DNA of 61,990 nucleotides, filler included, from Sphacelaria rigidula (Eukaryota): NCBI GenBank assembly GCA_964200075.2. It is 6 parts of 6 records of this genome, joined end to end, with 100 filler letters (N's around TTAATTAATTAA, not from the genome) between each part and the next. Parts side by side here need not be neighbours in the genome. Positions count along the whole stretch, not along the records: positions 10,351 to 20,600 come from CAXNAA020006858.1; positions 20,701 to 30,949 come from CAXNAA020006859.1; 4 more parts are not named here. One strand, 5' to 3'. Position numbers and translations under genes: made by a program. This document shows positions 13,207 to 26,200 of this stretch, piece after piece; the stretch's first letter is position 1, and the number at the start of each line of letters is the position of its first letter. Under the pieces are notes generated by a model. The model was not told where the DNA came from. It saw only the letters and a program-made list of their open reading frames with translations, and did not search any database.

Positions 13207-14348
13207 GTGAGCGAACTACTACTGTGCTATGTACTGTGCTGTGCTCTGCCGTGCTTTACTTCTGTAGATGGGTGTTGAGTGTTGCGCTGTAATAGTTGGG
13301 GAACAGCGCTGCTTTAGGAACACTTTTTGCGTATTCCACACGAAACTCGAGGTGAAGGCTTCGGCCTAACGGAACATGTGACGCGCGGCCTACGCTCGGA
13401 GCAAAGCCATCTCCGCAGACATTCTCCCGAAATAAGGGTGTTTTTTCTTCATTTTATTTTGACACAAGCAGTACAAGTACGAGTACGGTATATGATTTTT
13501 TCTCTCTTGATGTGGTGAGGTCAGGCATATGTGCAACAGTACGGAGGGTGCTGTAATAGTTACAAGCTACATACAAGACCCAAATGAGTAGGACTCAACC
13601 TTTGAGGCAAGCGCATACCGGCTTTATTTCACCTCGAAGCTGCGAACTTCGCTGAGATGTTTCAAGGCGAGGTTAAAATCGTTATTGTTTACAAGTATGT
13701 GTGAACAAAATCAAAACCTCGTCCGGGTTCAAGTCACCGCGACAGTCGATGACCTGGTCGAAGGCACAGCTTTGGCGCCTCCTTCAATACAGGGCCACAG
13801 CTGATACACCCGTCTCATAAAATAGCTTACAATAGTGGGATGAGAAGAATCACACCCGCTTCGGCGTTGATACCCAATGAACAGGTGCTAGTTTCGCTGC
13901 CTTGAAAGCCTCGCGCTCCTTATTTTCATGTTTCCCTGTCCTATGGCGGAATGAAGGGCGGGGCAGGTACAAGAATCGTGAAAAACTGAAACACTATCCA
14001 AATCACCGTTGTGTCTCGCGAGAGAGAATTTCGATCAAGTCATGGCATATGTGCAAAGCGTGTGTGATGAATTGGGTCCCATGGTTTGTGCAAGTGACTG
14101 CTGCACTGTTGAGAGAATTCAATGCCCTTCTTGTCCTGTCCTGTCCTGTTCCGTCGTGTTGTCTGCTGCTCTGTCCTGTGCTCCGACCTTCTCCGACCTG
14201 ATCGCCTTATTCCTTCGTTGCTTCTTTTGTTTCCCGTTGTTCCTTGTGTCCTGGCTACACATGTTGTGTCACCGGCTGCTGCACGTCTTCGGATACACCC
14301 ATGCCCCTCCGCGCTATTTGTTTTTCCCCCCTTTCACGTTTTCACCAG

Positions 14349-14406
14349 GAACACAACGTGGGGATCAAATGTGCTACCATCACCCCAGATGAACAACGAA
14401 TGGACG
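14349..14406 (+). CDS. IDH: NADP-IDH exon 3
   Basis: EHNVGIKCATITPDEQRMD; CAG acceptor, GTAAG donor. Confidence 0.95.
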
Positions 14407-15940
14407 GTAAGATCGTGGCTTGAGAAAAAGAGCAGAAGTAAAAGAAGAAATAACGCCGCGTGTATGGAACGCCAAAATTGCAAAACACGACACAACCGGA
14501 AAGGGCGCCGGATGCACTCGACAATTTCTCGCTTCCCCTACAGCGAACAATCACTCCGGAGCATGTCTTGTTCGCGTTGATGTCGGATTATTTGCTTTGG
14601 TGTTGAAGCCATATTTGACGCTTGTTGGTGGATTCACCCCGCGTACACGAAAGCACAAACGTCAACATGACATATCGTGTGTAAACAATGTTTCCGTGAG
14701 ATTGAGAGGTCGGCGTTGAGTGAAGGTGAGCCCGGTTATTATACCAATATTTCGCTTGTGCGTGGACTTTTCTTTACCTGTAACTCTGTCGTGTTCTCAC
14801 AGCTACACGTCGATATCCTACTCGGGGATATCGAAGGCTCCAGTGGCGAGCTACTATACTACAACAAGTGTATCGGGCCTCGTGTAGGGACGTTTCGAAA
14901 CTGAAGCATTCAAGTCATTATTTGGTCGTTTCTCACTCTCAATCGTACGGCGGACTCCTAATCTCACGAAAACAATGTAGTTGAAAGCTTGATGTGGCGT
15001 AGAATTATGTACTCTGTTGGTCTTAGCGCCGTTACAGCGTTTTCTTGTCAAGTCGCTACAACAAAGTCCTGCGTATCGGGAGTGAGCTGGAAGAATAGTA
15101 CTCACAATCTTGTTTGCCGTAGTCAAGAGACCGTTGACGTCGCATCCCGTCCTTACAATGTTGGTCGGGGAGGGGGCAGGAGTCGTTTCCGCGCGGTTTG
15201 GGCGCCTTCAGACATACGGCAAGGGCGTATTTCTCCTCGGTTTTCCCCGTTTAGAATTCCAAACGCGGAGCAGGTGTTTATTGATACGTTTTTTTTATGA
15301 ATCGATTTGATTCTCGTGGATGTCGACGACACAAAACGCATCACCATGTCCGTGACCTCTATGTACGAACATTATCTGTTATTGTCAGCGCATGTACATA
15401 CAGTGCATGATTTCACTGCCTCTTGCGGGCTGTTGTTTAGCCGTAATGACATGCGCACTAGAAGGCAATATTTTTCACAGCTCTGTTTGAACGTGAACAA
15501 AGGCTACCCACGTCTTTGTATCATATGTCTGCTCCGCTCCGAATATCGGATCAAAATTAATACGAACAACTTGACCCCGTGCGAGAGTGCTTTTTCTAGT
15601 GGCCGACCCGCCGGTCATACATTGATGTCTTCCTTAACCTACCTAGTCCTAGGTCTAGTCCTTTCTCTCTAGTCTGGGTGATCGTGGAATAGTCTTCACC
15701 ACCACCATACGAACAAGCCTCTCCTTTGGGGTAGAGATGTACCCCGCGTTTTTTTTTCTTTTTGCGTAGCTGTACTGTCGTGATGGTATCGTGTAGACAT
15801 GGACGGTTGTTTTGTTTCGGAGTGTTCATGTCGCAATGATACTGGTGGCGTCTGTCTAAGTTCGAGGTGTTGGCTTCGTGGCTCTGCACTCGTGTCCTCC
15901 CACTTCTCACTTCTCCGCCCCGCCCCCACCGATGCTGCAG

Positions 15941-16054
15941 AGTTCAAGTTGAAGAAGATGTGGAAATCTCCCAACGGAACCATCCGGAACATCCTCAACG
16001 GAACTGTGTTCAGGGAGCCCATCGTCATCTCCAACATCCCCCGTATCGTGCCCG
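15941..16054 (+). CDS. IDH: NADP-IDH exon 4
   Basis: [41 protein letters not shown] acceptor, GTAAG donor. Confidence 0.97.
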
Positions 16055-17363
16055 GTAAGCTGACGAGACAATGCACGACGCCTTAACGACCATCGCACGT
16101 ACTGGTTTGCTGCAAAACGGAACAGAATATTGACGTGGTTTTGTATCCTCTTCATTTTTTTCCCGGTCGCGCTGTGTTTCATGTTGGGTTGCCGAATGCG
16201 AACGGTTGCCGTATATGTTTTTCGAACGCACGAAATGCGTGTTGAGTCGAGAAGTGTGGAAGTCTGGCGCACCCCAAGAGGGGTAAGCAAGGTCACATTC
16301 CATACATTCTTGTCGAAATCTATCCCGAAAGTATCGCATTCCGAAAGAAGCAACCAAGGTCACTTTCATACATGTGCCTAAAACTATTCCGAGAGTGTCA
16401 CCGCACTTCGCGGCACCCCGTCGTCTTTTCTCGCGCAATTAATACTCTGACATACCAACATTGTGCGAGGCCATGATCCGGACCTTGGTTAGCGTGACCT
16501 ACCATCTTACCTACTTACTCCTTATTCTGTAGGGGGCAGGGGTTGAAGAAGGAGTAGGGGAGGGGGGGGGGGCGTTCGAGATGCTGGAAGGGCTATTTCG
16601 CTGCCGTCGGAGTAATATTCCAACTATATATCAATACGTGAAGTGCGAGCTCCCTTTCAAAGCAGGGAATGAAGGGGGCGAAGAGGGAGGGCCGCTTGTT
16701 TCGGGGTCCGCTCCAGCAACTCTGGCTGCATGATGCAGTGCGTGGTTATCACGAGGGAACAGTCAGGCACATCAATAATACCCTGTTGGTCTGTGATCAT
16801 CGTGTTCCAGACACTCGCTTTGCCGATACGTCATGGGTTGTATGGAGGCGTTTTTTGTCCCTTTCCTGTTGCAGTCCAAGGTACAGCATGATATTGATGT
16901 TGTCTTTTTTGTGACAACTTGAATATTCGTTTATTTGAAAGGGATACACAGCCTTGGTGGTTGGGTTTGCCCCGTGTGTGTGTTTTGTGCATGTGTTGTT
17001 GGACACATGCTTCGGAGAACTCGATATTAACCTTGAAATAAGAGTGCACAGCTGACGGATCTTCGCGGTATGTGCATGTTCGTCTGTTTCATGTTTTGAT
17101 GTCGTGAGGGAAAATTCGTGTCTTTTCTCATTTTTTTCTTCTTTCTCTTCTCATCTTTTTTGTGTGTCTTGGTCTACTCTGTTCTTCCGTCCCACCATTT
17201 CTGTGTTTTTATTTCACTTTTCTTCAGCGTGTGTAATAATTTCGTCATTTCTTCAGGTACGTCCATCATGTGAGCACGGCTGGATCCCCAAGGGATCCGT
17301 TCAAGTGCGATAACCAATCAGTCAATCAAACAATCAATCAATGAACAATCGTGTTTTGTCCAG

Positions 17364-17500
17364 GGTGGACCAAGCCAATTGTGGTGGGCAGGCACGCGTT
17401 CGGAGATCAGTACAAGGCCACTGACTTCCTTGCCGAAGGCCCCGGGAAGTTCGATATGACCTTCACACCGGCGGACGGGGGAGAGGCCAAGACATGGCGG
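17364..17500 (+). CDS. IDH: NADP-IDH exon 5
   Basis: [49 protein letters not shown] acceptor, GTGAG donor. Confidence 0.97.
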
Positions 17501-18642
17501 GTGAGGAAGGGACAACCAGATTCAAATCTAGACGAGACGGGAAGATGGATGAGACGGACAGATTGATACGAGAGATGGATAGATGAGGAAGGAGGTAAAT
17601 AGAGGGAAAGACGGGTACAGAGATCCAGATATAACTAGATAGGAAGACGAACACAGGGACAAATAGATGACTGAACAACTACACACAGATGAATGGATAG
17701 GTGGAAGAGCAGACAGACCAACGAGGAGACGCACAGCCGGAACCGCTTGAAAGTCGGCATGACTAGCAGGCCACGGGAACTTACGCTCCCATTCTTCCTC
17801 CGCAAACTCCGAGCGTCCTCGACTTGAAAATAGTGAAGGGAATAGATCGTCGTGAAGGAAATGGCGGTCGAGATGGGTGCTCTGGTCTGTCTCGCGTCCA
17901 TTCTACGTCCACGTGCCTAGTTTTTCAAAGCCGAACTTTCGTGGAGATGAGTGTGAAGTTGTGCAAATGTGGGGATTTGAGTCTGCCTGCGAACGATATC
18001 CTCCTGTAGATTGAGTGTTCGAACCTTATTCCGTTCGGCAATGCTTCTGGGCGAACTATAGGGGGGAAAGCGATAATTTCTCCAGTTGACTTTGATCTGT
18101 CAATTTTCTGCTCAAATCGAGGCACTCCAGAAAATGCGTGTACAAAATTCTGTTCGTTGTGCACAAATACTCGGGAGTGTCTTGGTTTGCGCAACAAGGT
18201 ACCATACCAAAAGCCAACGTCCAGAGAATCGGATGATTGATTTGGTATTTCACAGCTACTCGAGAAATGTTGCCCAACGGACTGAGGTCCGAAACTCGGT
18301 ACTTGGGAGAAAATTGCTCGCATACATGCACAGGCCAGAATCCTCAGATTTGATTTGTACAAGTACAGGTTTGTCCCCGTGCAAGGGGGTCTTGCACCCC
18401 GGCATCCTTCTCAAACTCGTAGAGTACCTCTTCCACCGCAGCCACCTTGCTCTACGCCACGCACAGGTAATTTAGTTGTCTTGTTTTGTGACACTTGTCC
18501 ACGTTTTGGTCTGGCGGCGATGACAGAACGTTTCGAGACTGAGGCGTTTTTTTGCTGAGGCGTGGTCTGAGTGAAGAGAGCTAAGCCGCGAAGCAGAGTG
18601 TATTTTTCTCCCACTTATGGCTGGCAGAGGAGAGTTATTCAT

Positions 18643-19267
18643 GAGAGTTGTGGACTGGTTTGGCTTACCAGTTAACTGGTTGAAGAAAATCACAACCCCG
18701 TACAGTTACCAGTTCAAACTGGAAAACTGGCGGCGACGACTTTGCCAGCGTTGCCTGGTGAGCCAACGCGGCGGAGTCGCCTAAACGCCCCCCCCCACCC
18801 ACCCCGGCTGGTGAGGTGACCGCGCTGGAGGCGCCGCTGGAGGCAAGAAAATTATGCCATTTGGCTTCATATCTCCTCAAAATCGCGGTAAATTCTAGCT
18901 GCCTAGCGCCAGCAATTCGAGCACGTAATCAGCGCACAAAAGTAGAAAGCATGGAAAAAAAGGAATGTCTCTGAACTTTGCCACTTGAAATAAAAAACGA
19001 AGCGGTGAGACAGTAGTGCATCATACATAGCGTCTAGGTACATGCGCTGTGCTGTCATGTCGCCTTTGTAACAGCATCCCCACGGTCACTGTAATACGAC
19101 AATTCTTCGGAAATATTAATATGAGCATGACACATTTTCACACAGAACGCTTTGGAGTATGACACACATGTCGGGTAAAATAACTGGTTCAACTGGTCAC
19201 GAAACCGGTCAGGTACACCAGTTAACTGTAGCTGACCAGTTAAACTGGCAGCCAGTTCACAACTCCA
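18643..19267. mobile_element. Non-autonomous hAT-type element in IDH intron 5
   Basis: Exact 8-bp target duplication TTATTCAT (18635-18642 and 19268-19275); TIRs GAGAGTTGTGGACTGG / CCAGTTCACAACTCCA; many subterminal CCAGTT/AACTGG motifs. Confidence 0.9.
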
Positions 19268-19532
19268 TTATTCATGGTGATTCCTGTTGCCGGCGTTTCA
19301 AGTGAGATGGATATACGCACCACCCCTAGTACGTGCTGCCACAGCTAAGCTGAGTTCATGCTTGGTGTCGTAGGAAAGCCAATCCAGTGCTGATGAAAAA
19401 TATCAATTACATGCTACCAGATTGATTGTTGTACTCGTTGGTTTCCACTACGTGAGTATTCAATTGTTGTTCGAAATATAGCTGCACTTATTTTTCTCCA
19501 CTATCTTCGCGGCTGCGTGGTGTCATCAACAG

Positions 19533-19586
19533 GTGTACGACTACGAGGGGGCTGGAGTGGGGATGGCCATGTACAACACCGACGCG
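19533..19586 (+). CDS. IDH: NADP-IDH exon 6 (gene continues beyond the contig end)
   Basis: VYDYEGAGVGMAMYNTDA; CAG acceptor, GTGAGT donor; phases are consistent with exons 1-5. Confidence 0.95.
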
Positions 19587-20600
19587 GTGAGTCGAGTAGG
19601 TGGACAAACACAACAATGAACGAGGCAGTATTTCGACCGTACTGAAGAATGACCTGATATGTGGATCTGGACGAGAGTAAAAAGAGACGTGATTCGAACG
19701 TGTTGGATAGTGACCCATGTTTACGAAAATTGTGGTGATACTGAACACTTTTCATGTTACTTGAGTGTGCAAGTGTAGGTTCGTACTGTGGCACAAGTGT
19801 GTGAAGCTGTGGTTTCCCATCTGGTAATCTCATTTTATGCAACAAAATGCAGAGTACCGTAAGAAGAGAATAATTGCGATTGCTCGAGCAAACGCGCCGG
19901 GGATCAAACTCGTCTTGTTTCTTCGCTGCCAAGACGATGTTCCTCGAGAAAGGTACTGGAGGTTGAAGCTGCCGCTGTTGCTGCCTACAGAGATTTGATT
20001 TTGTTGCGATTTATGGAGACATGAATTCACCTTTCCGTTCATCCATTCAGCCATTCATTCACTTGTTTTGTTTTATTGTGCTATCGGTTGAGCTCAACGA
20101 AATAACATTTGATGAATTTCACAGTCGCCCGTGAGTGATGATTTCGGCTAAACGCCTCACTTGTCTGGCTTCTACTGTACTTGATAGCCGTACAAAAATA
20201 ACTCGACTTGACTATCCCTTCAAGGCTTTTGGCGTGGTGGTCACGGTAATAAATGAAAAAAATTAATAACGCTGTCAATCGATGAAAAGTGAAATCGCAT
20301 ATTTTTTTTGTAGGAGAAATCAAACAAAATAAATACAAACCGCATGACATCATGTCGAAGCATTTGTAAGTCCACCCGTTCATGTATGCATGCATACATC
20401 GCTCTTTGCTAACCTCACTCACGTTCTTTTTTCTTCCTTGTGGCTCTTGGTTGTTTCCCTCGTTTTTTTGCCTGTCTCGACGTTTCGCTTTTTCGCCACT
20501 TTTTTTTTTTTTTTTTTTTTTTTGTTTGTCTCCCCCTCTCTTTTCTTCTTCCTCTCCTTTCTTTTTTTTTCCCCTTTTTTTGTTCACGTATCCCCTGTTT

Positions 20601-20700
20601 NNNNNNNNNNNNNNNNNNNNNNNNNNNNNNNNNNNNNNNNNNNNTTAATTAATTAANNNNNNNNNNNNNNNNNNNNNNNNNNNNNNNNNNNNNNNNNNNN
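20601..20700. other. Artificial contig linker
   Basis: Same N-TTAATTAATTAA-N spacer. Confidence 0.98.
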
Positions 20701-20716
20701 CCCCCACGACTAACTT

Positions 20717-20807
20717 TGTGGCGGTTGTAATAGACAACTAGCTAGACGATTGACCAGTCAGCGCTGACTGGTCAGTAGTCTAGTTGGTCGTCTCTTAAAC
20801 CGTCACA
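20717..20807. repeat. Short palindrome/hairpin
   Basis: Perfect core TGACCAGTCAGC-GCTGACTGGTCA extended imperfectly to TGTGGCGGTT...AACCGTCACA. Confidence 0.75.
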
Positions 20808-20810
20808 GTG

Positions 20811-21145
20811 CTCACCACGCGCACGTGTTTGAGATCCAGAACAGTGTTCCGGGTCGTTTTCAGATCGCCCATGTAGCTCGTTCACATTTTTATGCAGACT
20901 CGCAGCTTAATGTTACGGCTGACGTTGAGGACGTGTTTCAGCCCGCTTTCAATGGGGGGCAATTTCAGATGGCTGGTATTGTCCGAGTGGCAGAAGCAGA
21001 CGATCGTTCGTTGATCGTATTGGTCGACTGGGTTGGTTTCGACCTTGAGGAGCGTACGTGGGAGCCTTTCAAGGATATTTTTGAGACCGCTCCGGAATTT
21101 CTCACGAAGGAATTAGGTAAATTGATTGCCTGGATTCGTTTTTGA
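20811..21145 (+). pseudogene. Fragment of Gypsy integrase C-terminus and chromodomain
   Basis: HVFEIQNSVPGRFQIAHVARSHFYADSQL...VLVDWVGFDLEERTWEP aligns by eye with 23206-23570 on the opposite strand. Confidence 0.85.
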
Positions 21146-21237
21146 GGTTCAACATTCGGGTGAGGTTCCACTGGCCATCGAAATTTTATTTATTTGTTTC
21201 GTCCAAAAGGCTCGGGATTCGCAAGCGGTTTCGACCA

Positions 21238-21620
21238 TGTAGCCCTAACCCAGAAATTTCTGCACGGCAGCGCAAGAATAATGATGAGCAGTCCAACAGA
21301 AAAACGGCGGCATTGTGCGGCATCTTCTGAGCAGGAACTGCGCCTAAGCGCTACGGAATACGTCACAAAGAAGCATGCTGAAAACATACTTCTTTGGATC
21401 AGTCATCGAGTTTTAGAGCGCCTCTTGTTGAGTATCTGAGAGAGACTTCATACTGTTGCGCCAACGACGAACGTCGTCAGCGAAACGACCCAATGCGGCG
21501 ACAGACGCCCGTGACCTTTGAAACGCAGCATCATTCCGCAGTCTGCTGAGATATATCAGCACGCCAGAGTACAGCATCACTGCAGTACAGTCGTCAGTTG
21601 GATAAAATGGATGCCCCACA
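21238..21620 (-). mobile_element. Putative LTR followed by a TGG-type primer-binding site (21237 downward)
   Basis: Minus strand TGTGGGGC...GGGCTACA is immediately followed by TGGTCGAAACC; the same GGCTACA end occurs in the LTR at 22870. Confidence 0.45.
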
Positions 21621-21623
21621 ATA

Positions 21624-22278
21624 TGTTACGGATCGCGGCGTGATGCGGTGGAAGGGGGACAGTACAATGATGGGCCGTTGATTCGGAACGAGGAACGAGG
21701 ATAAGCGCCCGGAGGGCTGATCGCAGGAACTGGCTAGTACCTGCGGTCAGGGGTGAGGATGTTAAGTAATCCGTCAAGACACGGAGTACGTAAAAACATG
21801 CCTCTTACATCTGATTGAATCCGATTATTTCTAAGAATCGGTGCAACGCTAAGATAACCCTGGTGTTCAGAAAAAGACCTCTCGAGAGATTCTGGCAATC
21901 AACACCACCAAGGAACAAAATAAATCGAATTACCTGAAGCTGTGAGCGAGGATATCCTGACGATCGACGTGTACTGTACTGCGTTGGACTGTCTCCCCAC
22001 GCGCTGTCAACTGACGATTGTTACAAGATTAACGGTGAGACAGTTGGAGTTCGAATGCCGTAGTAAATAAATGAAATAAACGAACTTGTGCACAAGTGAA
22101 TGGCAGTCAAATAATAAGTAGAATGAAAGGTCCCCATGAAACAGTGAAATTCCGTAATCGTTGACTGAAGTTTTGCTGTTGGCCTAGTTCGAAGATCAGC
22201 CTGCACTGTAGAGTTAAGCAAAGGCTGACAACAACCGGAGACTGCAGTTTACTTGTAACATGGTGCTTCCAACCGGGA
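21624..22278 (+). mobile_element. 5' LTR (21624-22260) plus primer-binding site (22261-22278) of a truncated LTR retrotransposon
   Basis: TGTTAC...GTAACA terminal inverted repeat, internal AATAAA cluster at ~22064-22080, then TGGTGCTTCCAACCGGGA, complementary to a tRNA 3' end with CCA. Confidence 0.8.
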
Positions 22279-22869
22279 CTATTGTGTTCGATCATATCAT
22301 CTGCGGTGCAACGCAAGCCAGGAGAGGTACATGTTCACTGAGGTATTCAATTTTCTTATTAATAAAAGAGAGCAAAACATGTGCGTTTTCACGACCTCAC
22401 CATAAGTCAGCAAGGGCATCAGGTGACAAAACGAATAATCGGCCATCATGATGTACGCTGGGTGATGTGCGCTGTTGCGTTTATTAGCAGATTGATTCCA
22501 TGTGGGAGGATGTTGACAGTTTGATGAATTAATTCAAAATGCTAAAGTATAGCCACTGTCGTCGTATTCGTCAAGTATAGTGAATCTTAATAATGTTATA
22601 TACACAAATGCAGAAGAATAGTTATAGCACGATTGATTGTTTCTGTAGACATGAATTTTAATTCACTTCTTGTACAATACGTATTTTCTACCACTGAACG
22701 GCTCATGGCCGCGCTTGATCCGCAAGCCATGCCTCATGCACCGTGCTGACATTGATGCTTCACCTATAACCTGCGACCTGCATTACACTAGTAGGAAGAA
22801 TATTTCAGCACCACGTGCCGTCGCATTCGTGACCCACGCCATCAACCGGCGACCGTAAAGGTCTTTGCC

Positions 22870-23127
22870 TGTAGCCTCTGCCAGGCGATCTGGAGAAGAG
22901 GACTATCAACGAGGGACTCCTCCAGTAGCAATGGCCTCGTGTCCGACAAGTCCTTTCTTCTCACTTGTTATTATAACGGAGTGATCCTCAATAGACCCCA
23001 TCACGAGTCAGACAGCAAGGGGCCACACATATAAGGGCCATCAATCCAGGATCCCCTGTCCCCTGCCACTGCTCCAACCATGCATGCGATAATACTGAAA
23101 CCTACGGCTTGGTATCATTTGGCCACA
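22870..23127 (-). mobile_element. Putative 3' LTR of the Gypsy element
   Basis: Minus strand TGTGGCC...GGCTACA (6/7 inverted match), preceded by a short purine tract GAGGG about 80 nt after the pol stop; TATA-like CCTTATAT inside. Confidence 0.6.
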
Positions 23128-23205
23128 GCACCCTCAAAGCGAGTTCAAGACAAACGAACGAGTTCGACAACCGCCAAAAACCAAGGCGAGATCGCATGCG
23201 CTAGA

Positions 23206-26200
23206 TTACAAAGGAATACCATACTCCGACGCTAATTTACTTGTCAGCGCCCGAGTCAACCGCAGTTTAAACAATTCCTTCAAAACAAATTCAGGAGCAG
23301 AAGAATCAATCTTGCGAAGAGACCCCCACGCACGTTCTCCAGCACCGAACCTTCCCCAATCGACCACAACAATGACATCACCATTGTCATCCTCAGCGAC
23401 GTGCACCAAAGCATTGATCCGACATTTACCTTGAGCATACGAATGCTGAAATACATCTTTTAGTTCCGCAGTGATGTCCAACTGCGAATCAGCTAGAAAC
23501 GAAAACGAGCGACATGGGCCGAGTGCACGGCGCCAGGAATAATGTTCTGCACCGAATACACGTGAGCGTGATCGGCTACGACCACTCGCCACGGACCTGA
23601 CCATGTGGACATCAACTTTGGCGTAACACCTTGCCTACCGACACGGGCATACAATACGAAATCGCCAACTGCAAACTTGGGCATCACAGACTGGCCCTGA
23701 GCAAGCTTGCGATTGGTTTCGCGAGACACCGCGACAGCAGCTTGCACTCCGTTACAAAACCGCACTTGCTCGTCAACCACGCCTCGAACCTTGTCACGCA
23801 ACGAATCAGCACCCATGACATCGACGTTCCACTCGCCGCCAGTGACAGAATCCAGCGCGGAAAACGCTGTACGCAGCGCACGCCCAAACATCACATAATA
23901 CGGAGTATTACGATAACGTTCACGAAAATGAGTAGTCAACGCTCACTGAGCGGCTGGCAAAACATCGACCCATTCAGACACCGGCCGTCTCAGTTCCGGC
24001 AGAATGGACCGCAACGCACGAATGACCTCTTTCATCATGCGTTCACAAGCACAGTTCGACCAAGTGGTATACGCAACATCAAATTAGTGTTGCACCTTGA
24101 GCGCGTCGCTCAGCTGCGCGATCACTTGATTCTTGAAGCGCGTGGCGGTATCACTAACCCACACACGCGGCACCCGTAAAGTCTTGCACCAATGCAGCAA
24201 GTGCTTAGCGGTAACGTCGGCGGTGCAAGCCTCGTTCGGCTCCAAGCGAACGAAATTGGACGAATCATCCATAATGACCAAAACGTACCGAAATCCATCC
24301 TCATCAAGCAAACCATTAGCACCTTCAGGTCCGCTACTTCCGACGTACAGAAAATCAAAGTGAACAACATCACCTGGCGCAGTACCATGCACACTGTCGC
24401 CGGACGGACGAGGTACAATCGCACCAGCACGAGTGTCTACGCAGTGCAAACACTGGCGAACGAGCTTGCGAGAGTGGGAATCCATGTGAAGCCACACACA
24501 GTATTCTTTCAAACGAAACAGACCCGGCGCCACACCACGGTGACCAGCCGACCGCATGTGAGCGCACACCATCGAGCGAGTTTGTAGAGCCTAATTATGT
24601 GACGGAATCCACAAAACATCACTACTGCCTACACACACGCGAAACAAACCATCGTCAGACAAGGCGACTTGACCGAAAGTCGTAGGAAAAGAATGAACAC
24701 CGTCGCCGACTGTTTTGCGCTGCGCGGTACGAATGACATCTAACGAGGGCAGCGAATCATCGGCATCACACGGGCTGTACACGGCAACAGAACGAACAGG
24801 CACGGTAGGAAACTTCACCCAGCGAGACAACAAACCTCCCCAACAGTTGCGCTCTCCAGGAATGTGTTCAATGTCATACCGACATTGGCCGAGTACTCCT
24901 TTCCAATTTTCAAGACGTTGTGTCATGGCCTTCGTTACCGATGCGACACATTCTTCGGGGTTGAAAACGTATTTTAGATTGCGATGATGGGTGAAAATGC
25001 GAACACCACGCCAAAACAAGTGCTCTAACCTTCGGAATGTATTGACTATCGCGGAACCTTCTTTGTCCACTGTCGCCCAACCCAACTGTGAACCCTTACA
25101 ACTACCACTCAGAAGAGCCAATGGTTTGTGTGACATGTTTTCGAGCGCAATGCCACTGCTAAACTCTGCGACAGGTACTTGCGTCAAAAAACTACCCCAC
25201 TGAAAATCCGAAGCATCTGAAACATGAGAACAACGCACCCTGGACGAGGATGATACAGCGGCACCGCTTGCGCCACCAAATCTTGCGCAGCACGCCATAC
25301 CCACACACGATCCTCCGTCCTAGCGTCCTCCGGGATGGTACGATTACGCGCCACCCACTTGGTCCGACGCGAATCCCCGACCATGAGTTGTTCCAGAAAC
25401 ACTCGAAGCGGCGCAACTGTTGCCGCCAGCGAAGTCCAATCAATTCGCCGCCTGCAGAAACTGCATCAGCTCACTAGCGGTTTGAGGACGTTGCATATTG
25501 CTCAAACCTTGCATGCGGATGGGATCATGCGAGACAGTACCCCCAGAGTACACCTCACCACACCAAACCACTTCGCGGGCAAAACAAGCACGCTTATGCG
25601 CAGCGACGAACAGACCAACACTCTCCTAGAGGCCAAGAATTTCGTCAAGCAAGCTAACAATGCTTCTTCGGTTTCAGTAAAATAGAAAAAGTCATCCACC
25701 CACACTTTACAGTCTAGACCTCGCAAAATGTCAGTCAGCACACCTTGGAAATACGCCGTGGCGTTCAACACGTCCTGCGGGGCACGAGTGGGCGTAAACA
25801 AACCGTCAGGCGTGACGATCGTAAAGCTCTCCTGAGCCTCCGGCGCCAGAGGCATCTGCCCAAACCCCTGTAGCAGGTCCAACTTTCCGAAGCATTAGGC
25901 TCCCAGCAACTCCCGCATGTCTTCTTGGCTTAGCATCACCCCCGGAGACTGTTCCACTTGCGCGTTCACCGCCTGATAGTCGCTGACAAAACGGAATGTA
26001 TCCCTTTTCGGCACCGCCATCGCCGGACTCGCCAACACAGCCTGGATGTTCCCAACCACTAAACCAAACGCCACCAAAGCTGCGATGCATAAAGCAAGCC
26101 ACCCGATCTTCACCGGATCGTACCGTCTGGGCTTGGCCTACACCACCTTTGCCTGTAGCTTGAAGTGCACCCTCATGGGCTCTAGGCGCGCTGGCGGATC

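Noticed and set aside
20081-20600. Lys-rich 168-aa ORF and Phe-rich ORFs
   Set aside because: T-rich, low-quality intronic sequence at a contig end.
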